A stretch of 59,484 nt of DNA from Trichomonas gallinae (lineage: Eukaryota). The position numbers and the translations under genes are program-made. The stretch spans positions 1 to 59,484 of the forward strand of contig MRSU01004812.1 of NCBI GenBank assembly GCA_008369845.1. Direction: 5' to 3'. Under the pieces are notes generated by a model. The model saw only the letters and a program-made list of their open reading frames with translations. It had not been told where the DNA came from and did no database searches. Positions 41,661-51,652 of the stretch are shown here, piece after piece; position 1 is the first letter of the stretch, and every line of letters starts with the position of its first letter.

Positions 41661-41968
41661 CTGCTGATTTGGATCCGCAAAAATAAGTCACTATATTCTG
41701 ATATTTACATTACTAAAAACCCGCATTTGTTCAACATCTGTTTTATGATTGATTATTAATCATTATATAGAATAGTCATTAATTTATAAATAAAAATCAA
41801 ATTTTGTGCAAGGAATCAGATGATTTGTTTTTAATAAAAATAAAGTCATTTGTTTCTGATATTTACTTAAGTAAAAACCCACACCTGTTGACAATCTATT
41901 TTATTCTTGATTATCAATCAGTGCTTAGAATAGTCAATAATTCGCCAATAAAAACAAATTTTCCAGGT
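41661..41968. repeat. Degenerate tandem duplication, period about 158 bp
   Basis: CTGATATTTAC at 41698 and 41856; shared TAAAAACCC, TTGATTAT and TAGAATAGTCA blocks. Confidence 0.75.
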
Positions 41969-42298
41969 AAATTTAGGGGAAGCAAATGTTCAAATTCATT
42001 TTTTATCAATTTTGATACCTTTATATATATCAGTACTTTCTTTCTAAACATCAGGAACAAGTGTAGTTGAGTGTTTCGGCTTGATAATCTTGATCAACAA
42101 TACAAAATTTTGAGAAATGAAATAAAAACTACTCTAATACCAACCATTCCAACTATCTTTATGCATAGTAACCTCAATTCTATCTAATTTATTAATAATT
42201 TTGTTTTCATATTTAAAATAAGAAATGATCTAAAGCTGTTAAAAATTCAACGGAATATTTCCATTGTTTTCATGGATTCTTATACTAAACAATAATTT

Positions 42299-43138
42299 TT
42301 ACATTCCAAATAATTTTGGCATGCTTTCTGGAGTTTGGATGCAACCATCAAAGAGAGGTTTTTGCTGGAGTGGCGTAGAAGCCTGTTGAAGAAGAGTTTT
42401 GAACGGAGGAACACGTAATTCACTAATTGGACGTTGAATCTCCGGATCTATAATTTTATTAGGATCCCACTGCGAAAGTTTGGGATCTGATGCCGACCTA
42501 GGTGGTACTGGACTTGGAGAAGCACTGAGTTTCGGTGATGGAGGAGAAATTGGAAGAGGCCTGATGACTTTTGGCTTTTTATCTTCAGATGAACCATTAT
42601 CATTGTTTTTCTCCTTTGAATCTGATTTAGATTTTGATTCTTTTGAATTTGATTCAGAATCTGAAGAAGATTCGGCCGGTAACGGCATTTTTGATGATGG
42701 TGCCTTCATCATCTTTTCAATTGCTTGTTTTTCTAAGAATTCAACGAGTTCTTTCTTTGGCTTGCATTTATCACACTTAAATGGAGATCCATTATCTTTT
42801 GCGTAGTGTATTTCGACTACAAATATTGCCTCTGATTCAAATCTAGTGTAAATATTGAGCTCTACCTTGAACTTCTTATTTGAATTTAATAATTCAATAG
42901 GAATTGTGGCTTTTCCTAGTGCATGATTTCTGTCTTCAGTTGTTAAAGTAACTTTTATCGAATCATGTTTGTTATCTGATGAAACTTTCGAAACTTTTTT
43001 AGTATCTGCGTTGCCGTTCTTTAATTCGATGAATGTTCCGCCGTTTCTGCCAACAATGGAAAACAGCAAACAAGTCCTTTGGGCAGCTTTGTCAGACGGA
43101 AACTTAACAGTTTCACGCACACGAAGATAAACAGGCAT
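42299..43138 (-). CDS. Hypothetical protein, C2-like beta domain plus Ser/Pro-rich tail
   Basis: LGKATIPIELL motif typical of C2 domains; low-complexity C-terminus. Confidence 0.65.
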   Translation of the reverse strand: MPVYLRVRETVKFPSDKAAQRTCLLFSIVGRNGGTFIELKNGNADTKKVSKVSSDNKHDSIKVTLTTEDRNHALGKATIPIELLNSNKKFKVELNIYTRFESEAIFVVEIHYAKDNGSPFKCDKCKPKKELVEFLEKQAIEKMMKAPSSKMPLPAESSSDSESNSKESKSKSDSKEKNNDNGSSEDKKPKVIRPLPISPPSPKLSASPSPVPPRSASDPKLSQWDPNKIIDPEIQRPISELRVPPFKTLLQQASTPLQQKPLFDGCIQTPESMPKLFGM

Positions 43139-43480
43139 GACAAATTTAGTTTACAAAATTTTACATGTCATAATTTTTATCATTCACAAATAATGATATA
43201 ACAAATAAATTAATGAGGTTAATGAACCAAAATTGGCTTTTCTCAATGCATTTCTCCATCTCAGTAACTATAGCCCGGAAAACTAAAGTCTCATTCTCCA
43301 TGTGAATAGAGTTAGTTTAGTAGGATCCACGCATGATTGTATGATGATGATGGAAATAACGTGCTTGTTTGTCTATACTATATATCATTACATGCAGTTC
43401 ATTCTGATATTTTGTTATGTAAAGTATAAACAAAATAATTTATAAAATAAAAATACAAAATATATAGTAGTGATGGAGAA

Positions 43481-46400
43481 TTACTTAGCGCCTTTTGATT
43501 TCAAGAATTTCGAGAGCTCCTTAGAATCTGATTGTGATGCAAAATGAATAGCGTCTTCATCTGATTCATTCTTTGCATTGATATCGATAGCAGTCTTGAA
43601 GCTGAAAAGTCCTCTCACAAAGTCGTATATCTCATGCTGATGCTCTTTGAACTCCACGTAGTTTTTGGCTGCACGCATCAAAGGTGTATTTCCATGACTA
43701 TCCTTAACATTAGGATCAACACCTGATGCTATCATCGTCAAAGCTAAAGTGTAAAGGTGGTTGTCTAGTGCTAAATCTAGGGCTTTCTCACCATTAGAGT
43801 TAGCGATGTCGAAATTCGCACGGCATGCAATCAACTGGAAAGCAATATCAGTGCGCTTCTCTTGAATAGCAATCATAAGAGGTGTGCACTTGTTATTGTC
43901 AACTTCGTTGATGTTGTGACCACCTGATATCATATTAAGAGCTTCAGTAGTATTTCCCTGACGAATAGCATCATGCAGCATATATTTGCTTTCACCGTCA
44001 GCAAATTCTTCTTGATCTGGATCATATATGCAATGTTTCTGCGCAATGATTAAATTCGGGAATCTGCTCTTAAGAATATCTTTGAAGTCAATGACTCTGA
44101 TATAATCGACAAATGATTTTCCTGATTTATCTGTTTGTTTGACATCAGATCCGTGATTAATCAAAATCATCATCATGTCTGGTGAATAAGCACTTGCAGC
44201 ATGCATTAATGCATTCTCACCTTTGTTGTTTACTGCATTGATGCTTGGAGTCCTTGATAATATCGTTTTACAGATTTGCAACAAAAGATTTGATTTAACA
44301 ACATCATCTGTCGATGAATATTTCATTGCTGTTAAAATTAAAACAGTATTTTCGTTCTCATCCCTTTCAAGTGGATCATAATTACCATTCAGCATAGAGT
44401 CAGCAATTTCAAATCTATCTTCTTTAATAGCGAGAATAATTGATTTCGTGCTGTACTGAGTTTTATTGTTTTGAACAATTTGCTTATTTTCGTCTTTTTC
44501 TTCACTTGATTCTGAATCTTCGGAATTTGATGATACAGGAACGGTTTTTAGTGCATAATTAACATCAGCTCCATGCTTGACTAATTCAACGCCAAGATCA
44601 ATCAAAGATTTTTCTGCCGCATACATAAGAGGAGACTTTTGCTTATTGTCGATGAAATTAACATCAACATTTCTTTTGATTAATTCTTTCGCTGTTTTCA
44701 AATCTCCACATGAAATTGCAAAACATAAATCAGATCCATCTGGCTTGAAATCATGATGATTTAGAATTTTTTCGCTGACTCTTGGTAAATTGTTTTGTAT
44801 TGATGCTTTGAATAAAGACAAATTCGATGAAAAATTAATATTTGATCCTTTTTCAATCAAATATATTGCAACTTCTTCATCTTTCTTCTCTTGTATTACA
44901 TATTGCAGTAAACTGCCTTTCTTTGATATTAGTTTAACATCAGCACCTTTCTCAACTAAATGATATCCGATTTCTTTGCTATAATCAAAGGCAGTCATTA
45001 AAAGTGTTTTTCCGTCAAATATTTCATTGAGATTTGCTCCGTGATTAATTAAACAATCTATTGTCTCTATCATTTTATTCTTTATAGCCAATTCCATAAG
45101 CGTCGACTTGTATCCAACTTTTGTTTTGATGTCTGCACCTTTTTCTATCAAATATTTTGCAATTTTATCACTCGATTTTTCAATTGCTAATAAAAGTGGA
45201 GTTTTTGCATGTCCATCCTTCATATTTATGTCAACACCTGATTCAACAACATACTTTGTTATCTCATAGCAATCATAGAGAATTGCAATGTGAAGCAAAC
45301 TGTTTCCTTCGAAAGTTAATTTGAATTTTTTGCACTTTTGAATTAATCTATAAGCGAAATTAGGCATGTTATTAGCAATAGCGAAATAAATCACAACTTC
45401 ACTTATTGTATTGCTATTAAATTCCTTTAACAATCTCCTGCAAACGTGATGGAATTCTTTCTCGAAAACAGAAACAATAACATGCGAGCCTTTTTCATCT
45501 TTTGTTGATGGATCTGCGCCATGATCGATTAAATACAAAGCTACTGATTTGCTCGATGTATAATATAGTGGTGAATTATTTAATCTGTCTACTAAGTTAA
45601 CATCTGCACCTTTTTCGACTAGTTTTTTGATCATTGCCAATGTTCTCTCGTTTTCTTGGAACCGTAATATATGCGAAAGAATTGGAATCTTATATTTGTT
45701 CATAGAATTAGGATTCGCACCAAGTTCAAGTAATTTGCTGAATCTTTCTAAATCGCATTTCTCGACGTAATGATGCAATAATGTCTGCCCGAAATAATCC
45801 TGGTTATTTATATCAATGCCTTTTTCAACTAAAGTCTTGCAGAAATCATACATTGAGTTTTCAAGGGCATCATATAATATCAGTTTTCCATCTTGATCAA
45901 CTTTGGTTTTATATGGATAAGTTTCTAAGAATTCTAATGCTTTTGTTTGATTATGTTTAGTTAAAGCATCACGAATATCAGCACAGTTCTCATCAATAAT
46001 CTTTTCTTCTTCTTCAATATTTTGATTATTTTCTTTAGCTTCATTTTTAACTTTTTCTTTATCATCATTTTCATCAATTTTTTCTTCGTTTTGAGTTGTT
46101 TCGTTTTCTATAACTTGGAATCCGTGAGATTTTAATGATATAGCAACTAGTATTTGGCCTGTTTCTATTGCAATTTCATAAGTAGATTTGTTTTTATCGT
46201 CGACAGAATTTATATCTACACCTGAATCTATCAATGCTAAAGCAACTTCACTTTCTTTCTGACAAATTGCAAAAACCAAATCTTTTGGCTTAGGAGTGAA
46301 TGATTTGTGTTTTATGATGTTCAATGCTGCTAATGGACAGTGAATGACAATAGAATAGGTCAACAAACTCGATAAAATGTCTGGATCAAGTGAATCAATT

Positions 46401-49246
46401 TTTGCATTTTTAGAAATTAACAGCAAAGCCATGTCAATGTAATTCAAGTTCAAAACATAGTTCAATATAGAAACATTCTGTGCATTGACAATATTCGGAT
46501 CTATTTCTAAGTCTAAAAGATTATTAAATGCAGTGATATCTTTCTTCTTTGCGAAATAATGCAACAATGTTTGTCCATCTTTATCTATTTCGTTTAATTT
46601 ACAACCATTTTCAATCAATTTCTTGCAGACATCAAGGAGAGAATTTTCGACAGCATTCTTTAGAACTGTGAAGCCAATTTCATCTTTTCTTGATATATCT
46701 GCTCCAGACTCTATTAATGTTATTGCGAGCATTGAATCTTTTGATTTAATGGCATTGATCAAATCATTTGATCTTTGTAATTCAGATTCATTTTCACTCC
46801 AAATCATTTTGATGACTGAATGCATTTTGTTCTCCATTGCATACATTAATGGTGTCTTTCCTTCATTGTCTGCAATATTATAATCAGCACCATGCTCAAG
46901 TAAAGCGAGGGCAATGTGTTTCTCGCCCATTTTTATCGCGTAATGCAAATCGAATTCAGAAAATCTGTAGTTAGGATGATTTAATATTGCGACGGCTACT
47001 TTCTGCAGTTTGTTCTTTATAAGAGTTGGAATGGAAAGATCATCTTCTAGGTTTGCAAAATTATCACTTTTCTCTATTAATTGGATGATTAAATCTTGAT
47101 CGGATACATATGCTCCCATTAACAAATAAAAGAGTGCTGTATTTCCACTACTATCTTCTTCAGAGACTTTTGCACCAGCTTCTATAAGAGATTTAACTGT
47201 TTTGTTCATTTTATTTTGTGCTGCTTTGATCAGCATAGTTGTCTTATTTGGATACTCGATGTTTATATTTACTCCTTTTGAAATTAAAAGTGATGCAATA
47301 TCATCTTGGTTTTCTTCTATAGCCAAAGCTATTGGTGTCTTGTCATCTATATTTTTACAAAATATATCCATGCCTTTTTTGATCAAAGCAACACCAACAC
47401 TCGGCAAATGATATAAAATTGAGAGATGCAGTAAATTATTATTGTTATAAATATAATCGGTGTTGACCCCAATTTCTATCAGCATTGTTGCCAATAAAAT
47501 CATTCTGTTCATTATGGCATATAAAATTAGAGGACGTCCATTCTTGTCTTTGATGTTTATATCCAATCCTTTCTCAATAAATTTCATCGCTAAATACTCG
47601 TCTCCATATATAATGATTTTGAAAATTATGTGTTCGTTTTTGTCGTTTAAAATATTAATGTTTGCACCGTTCTCTATTAATTGTAATGCAGCACCATGAT
47701 TCTGGAAATAAAATAGAGGCTGATGGCATGAGGAATCCAAAAGATTTTTGTTTGCGCCTCTGTCTATCAACAGTTTTACCATGAATGAGCCAAGCAAACT
47801 TGACGTTGAATTATCAGCAAGTCTCCAGTTCTTGCAGACGTAATTCAAAATAGGCATGAGTTGATCTTCGCAGTTTGGCATCAAGTTATCTGATATATTT
47901 GGATCTGCGCCTAAATCCAAGAGTTTTATAAATTTTTCAACTTGTTCGTAAAATACGTAATGATGTAATAACATTTGTCCCGAATGATATGGTTTGTTTA
48001 AATTCAAACCTTTAGAAATTAGTTTCTTTAAGACGAAGTCCATTGAGTTCTCTAGTGCTCTGTCAATTACATCGAACGTAAAATCTTCTTGTTTGATTTT
48101 TTGTCCTTTGTAAATTTTGTCGAGTGCTTTTTCTGAATTTCCTTTATTTATCTGTTTAATGACTGCACTGCTATCAACATAGACATCATCTTCATCATCT
48201 GATGAATAACTCCATGAATCAGAATTATATGAATCGCTGTAATCGTCATCTTTATCAAAATTGTCGAAATCTGGAATTTGACCTTCGAATTTTGAATGAG
48301 TAACTAACTTTTTAGCTACATTAACATATCTTTTCTTCATAATATAATCTAAAAATGGTTGAATGAAGCCGCTATCTATAGAATTCACATCAGCACCGAA
48401 ATTAATTAGTTTTGCAGCCATTTCATATTGTTTAAGGTTCATTACATAGTTAATGATACTGATTTGATCAATATTAATGCAGTTCGGATCTGCACCAAGC
48501 TCTAAAATCCTGCAAAACGTCGGATATTGATAAAAATGCGCGAAATTATGTAAAAGTGTGTCTCCATATTCATTTCTGTCGTTAATATCGACACCTTTGT
48601 CTATAAGTATATCACATATATCGAACATCGATGATGAAAGCGCGATTTCAAATAATGAATATGATTTTTCCGTAATTGTCTCTGTTTGCTGTATCAAATT
48701 CAATGCTTTTTGCTTGTTTCCTGCTTTTATAGCATCGTATATCGGTGTTTGTATGATTTCATCATTTTCATCTTTTTTAACTTTTTTAGGGCTGTCATTC
48801 TCAGGGAATTCATTGTTGTATGATAGTTTATCGTTTGATATTTTGATTTTTTCTTGTATTTTGTAAAAAAGAGGCGATTTTACAGCTGAATATCCATATG
48901 AATCAATAATATCAATATTTGCGCCATTAAGTATGAGTAACTCGATTAATTCAGGGTTTTCTTGCTTGGAAGCCCAGATTAAAGCTGTCTGATCCTTTGA
49001 ATTTTTGGCGTTGATATCTAAACCCATGTTTATTAAAGATTTCGAAAGAAATACTGAGAATGAGTTGGTTCTTGACCTCATTGCTACAAGAATCAGTGCT
49101 GTATTTCCATTTTTATCAGAAATGTTAATATCCGAAATCGAATGCAGCAATCTAAAAGCCCCAACAAGGTCCCCGGAGTCAATCAAGGAAAGAAAGTATT
49201 GAGAATCTTTGTTCTCTAGCTTGCCTTGTCGCATTTCGGAATTCAT
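43481..49246 (-). CDS. Giant ankyrin-repeat protein (1921 aa)
   Basis: Dozens of G-x-T-P/A-L...L-I-x-x-G-A-D-x-N repeats separated by acidic linkers. Confidence 0.95.
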   Translation of the reverse strand: MNSEMRQGKLENKDSQYFLSLIDSGDLVGAFRLLHSISDINISDKNGNTALILVAMRSRTNSFSVFLSKSLINMGLDINAKNSKDQTALIWASKQENPELIELLILNGANIDIIDSYGYSAVKSPLFYKIQEKIKISNDKLSYNNEFPENDSPKKVKKDENDEIIQTPIYDAIKAGNKQKALNLIQQTETITEKSYSLFEIALSSSMFDICDILIDKGVDINDRNEYGDTLLHNFAHFYQYPTFCRILELGADPNCINIDQISIINYVMNLKQYEMAAKLINFGADVNSIDSGFIQPFLDYIMKKRYVNVAKKLVTHSKFEGQIPDFDNFDKDDDYSDSYNSDSWSYSSDDEDDVYVDSSAVIKQINKGNSEKALDKIYKGQKIKQEDFTFDVIDRALENSMDFVLKKLISKGLNLNKPYHSGQMLLHHYVFYEQVEKFIKLLDLGADPNISDNLMPNCEDQLMPILNYVCKNWRLADNSTSSLLGSFMVKLLIDRGANKNLLDSSCHQPLFYFQNHGAALQLIENGANINILNDKNEHIIFKIIIYGDEYLAMKFIEKGLDINIKDKNGRPLILYAIMNRMILLATMLIEIGVNTDYIYNNNNLLHLSILYHLPSVGVALIKKGMDIFCKNIDDKTPIALAIEENQDDIASLLISKGVNINIEYPNKTTMLIKAAQNKMNKTVKSLIEAGAKVSEEDSSGNTALFYLLMGAYVSDQDLIIQLIEKSDNFANLEDDLSIPTLIKNKLQKVAVAILNHPNYRFSEFDLHYAIKMGEKHIALALLEHGADYNIADNEGKTPLMYAMENKMHSVIKMIWSENESELQRSNDLINAIKSKDSMLAITLIESGADISRKDEIGFTVLKNAVENSLLDVCKKLIENGCKLNEIDKDGQTLLHYFAKKKDITAFNNLLDLEIDPNIVNAQNVSILNYVLNLNYIDMALLLISKNAKIDSLDPDILSSLLTYSIVIHCPLAALNIIKHKSFTPKPKDLVFAICQKESEVALALIDSGVDINSVDDKNKSTYEIAIETGQILVAISLKSHGFQVIENETTQNEEKIDENDDKEKVKNEAKENNQNIEEEEKIIDENCADIRDALTKHNQTKALEFLETYPYKTKVDQDGKLILYDALENSMYDFCKTLVEKGIDINNQDYFGQTLLHHYVEKCDLERFSKLLELGANPNSMNKYKIPILSHILRFQENERTLAMIKKLVEKGADVNLVDRLNNSPLYYTSSKSVALYLIDHGADPSTKDEKGSHVIVSVFEKEFHHVCRRLLKEFNSNTISEVVIYFAIANNMPNFAYRLIQKCKKFKLTFEGNSLLHIAILYDCYEITKYVVESGVDINMKDGHAKTPLLLAIEKSSDKIAKYLIEKGADIKTKVGYKSTLMELAIKNKMIETIDCLINHGANLNEIFDGKTLLMTAFDYSKEIGYHLVEKGADVKLISKKGSLLQYVIQEKKDEEVAIYLIEKGSNINFSSNLSLFKASIQNNLPRVSEKILNHHDFKPDGSDLCFAISCGDLKTAKELIKRNVDVNFIDNKQKSPLMYAAEKSLIDLGVELVKHGADVNYALKTVPVSSNSEDSESSEEKDENKQIVQNNKTQYSTKSIILAIKEDRFEIADSMLNGNYDPLERDENENTVLILTAMKYSSTDDVVKSNLLLQICKTILSRTPSINAVNNKGENALMHAASAYSPDMMMILINHGSDVKQTDKSGKSFVDYIRVIDFKDILKSRFPNLIIAQKHCIYDPDQEEFADGESKYMLHDAIRQGNTTEALNMISGGHNINEVDNNKCTPLMIAIQEKRTDIAFQLIACRANFDIANSNGEKALDLALDNHLYTLALTMIASGVDPNVKDSHGNTPLMRAAKNYVEFKEHQHEIYDFVRGLFSFKTAIDINAKNESDEDAIHFASQSDSKELSKFLKSKGAK

Positions 49247-49963
49247 TAGGAAATTAACTCAATAAAAATAAAAAACAGACAATACTTCAATGGAAACTTT
49301 TTTTGTTTATCATGTAAATAGTCGAACTCTTTGATCATTTTAATTATTATATTTTTATATTCAATTTTAAGAGGAAGAAGGCCATAATTATTTAAAATGT
49401 AGATACATTCAATTTTTTTTTTGTCATGTAAATTTGACTTTTTTGTCACAACTAAAACTTGGAATTTTACAAAATCCTTGGAGTTAATAAATACTTATAA
49501 GCTACTTAGTTTACTATATGATTTGAACAATATCTCATCTTATTTTAGCTATCTTCAACTTTTATTCATTATTTCATCTACTGCTGTATATATTATATAA
49601 TAAACTTATATATTTATCGAATATTATATTTTAATCAAATTTTGACAATATATAATCCGAATTTTTGCATCTTAATGTATTTAGATCCCTCATGAGACAA
49701 AAAATATATGGTATAACTTTCAATCAAAAGTAATCAGTAGTTATTAATATTTATTTATCAAAGTCAAAAATCAATTTATTTCGTTGATTATAGTTGAGAA
49801 AACCATTTAAAAACCATTTTCAATGTGAGTATGAATTGAATCGTATGCTTTTGTTATATGATTAATTTATAATATCAAAATCTAAATTCATGCTTTTTAT
49901 AAAGTTAAAATGTAAGCTTATTAATAATACATATAAATATTTTACGCGACAAACAAAATTTTG

Positions 49964-51025
49964 TTATTCAATGAATTCTTCGAAAAGATTTGGATTTTGT
50001 TTCATAAGACATAACGATTCTTTCAATTTTTCAATTTCTCTAAGGCCCTTCTTATGTGCATCTTTGTGTTTCTGCTCGAACTCTGCTTTTTCCGTAAATT
50101 TAAACACAACTTTGTTTTCATTTGTTGTTTTATCCTTTGTATTCGTAGCAAGACGATCAAATACAGTTTTAAGTTCAGAACTTTGAATTCCAAATAATGC
50201 TAGATATTTCTTAATCAAAACTGGCGTCAAGAACTTCTTGTGAGCAAACACCACAATTGCAAAGTTTCTCGCTGCACGTAAATGAACAGGTAATTCTGCT
50301 GATCTAATTTCTTCAGATTTAATAACCCATCTTCCTTGAACGTAATATGCGTATTTAAACAACACATCAAGCAACTCTTCTGAATGTGGTGTCAAAAGAA
50401 GACTGGAAACAACATCATCGAAATGAATTGTTCTATTCTTGTAAAGAACGTAATATAACTGTTCTCGTGGTGGTCTAGATGATAAAGTACTTTCGCTAAT
50501 TTGGTCAATGAGATCAGCTGAAAAGTCGCATCTCATTCCTGTTAAATTATCTTTGTAAGTTAAATGACTCATCTGTGAGGAGACGTCTGTATCTGCCTTG
50601 GACATGAATTGAGTGATATCTGTTCCTTCTGTGAAGTCTATTGCTTTATTTTCTGGTTCTTGATCTGAATTTGTTTGTTGAGTTTCTTCTTCGAATATAT
50701 CTGCTGGCCTTGCTTGATAAATAGAAGTAATCGGTGTTAAATGTATTTCTCCGTTTTGAATTACGCCTAATGCAAAAGGTTGTGGCGAATATATCTTGTT
50801 TGTTTGAAGATAATGGGATTTCAGATCTAATCCGGTGAAAACATCTTGTGGAGGGGCAACCATTAATCGATATGTTTTATTTTTTGCATTATAAGTGACT
50901 TGCTCGATGCTTGAACATCCTTCTTTACGACTCACAAGCGGGAATTGCATGATGAGACTTTTTGTCGCCATATCTGTTGAAAGATATAAATCTAATTCCG
51001 CTACTACAGGATCATCTTCTTCCAT
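49964..51025 (-). CDS. RPC5: RNA polymerase III subunit RPC5/C37 (Sin-like)
   Basis: EEDDPVVAELDLYLS...QFPL...ALGVIQNGEIHLTPITSIYQARP and VQGRWVIKS; ATG at 51025. Confidence 0.85.
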   Translation of the reverse strand: MEEDDPVVAELDLYLSTDMATKSLIMQFPLVSRKEGCSSIEQVTYNAKNKTYRLMVAPPQDVFTGLDLKSHYLQTNKIYSPQPFALGVIQNGEIHLTPITSIYQARPADIFEEETQQTNSDQEPENKAIDFTEGTDITQFMSKADTDVSSQMSHLTYKDNLTGMRCDFSADLIDQISESTLSSRPPREQLYYVLYKNRTIHFDDVVSSLLLTPHSEELLDVLFKYAYYVQGRWVIKSEEIRSAELPVHLRAARNFAIVVFAHKKFLTPVLIKKYLALFGIQSSELKTVFDRLATNTKDKTTNENKVVFKFTEKAEFEQKHKDAHKKGLREIEKLKESLCLMKQNPNLFEEFIE

Positions 51026-51283
51026 TGTAAAAAAGTGCCGCCAATTTTCACTTTTCTGACATATTTGACATCCTGACATTTTACATGACGAAACTTCGAT
51101 TATGAGTTTAATATTGCATAATATCGTTATACATAAAACTCATGCTTGATTCTATCCCAAATGTTGTTCTTGTAAAATCTTGGTCATGATATTGCACGCA
51201 ATTGATTAAAGCACCTGTAAAATAAAAACAAAATAGCATATATAGATGTCTATCGTCCTCGCTATCATCGTCCTCATTGGAAT

Positions 51284-51540
51284 TCAAATCGCTAATAAAT
51301 AAAACAATGGCGTTCTACCAGCATTATCTTTTGCTTCGATGTTTGCTCCATGTTCAACTAATTTTGTGATAACTCTAATATTATTATTATACTTTACAAC
51401 TTCAAATAATGAGGTTTCGCCCTTATTATTTTTGTCATCGATTTTTGCGCCAAGTTCGACTAATATTGTGATAGCTTCAATGTGCAAAGGAGGTACATCT
51501 GTAACATGAGAAGCTCCAACTTCAAATAATGATTTTGGTT
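51284..51540 (-). pseudogene. Orphan ankyrin-repeat fragment lacking an ATG
   Basis: LVELGAKIDDKNNKGETSL...LVEHGANIEAKDNAGRTPLFY; about 2 repeats only. Confidence 0.65.
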
Positions 51541-51652
51541 TCCGAAAGTTAACATACAAAATGTATAACTTTATTAAAACGTAGTTAATTCAAATAAACA
51601 AAACAATAAGAACATGAATAAAAAAATAAAAACAATTCTATACTATATTTCG

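Noticed and set aside
51205..51560. Intron (GTATGT...TTTTACAG on the minus strand)
   Set aside because: No fused branch-point/3' splice consensus and no coherent flanking exons.
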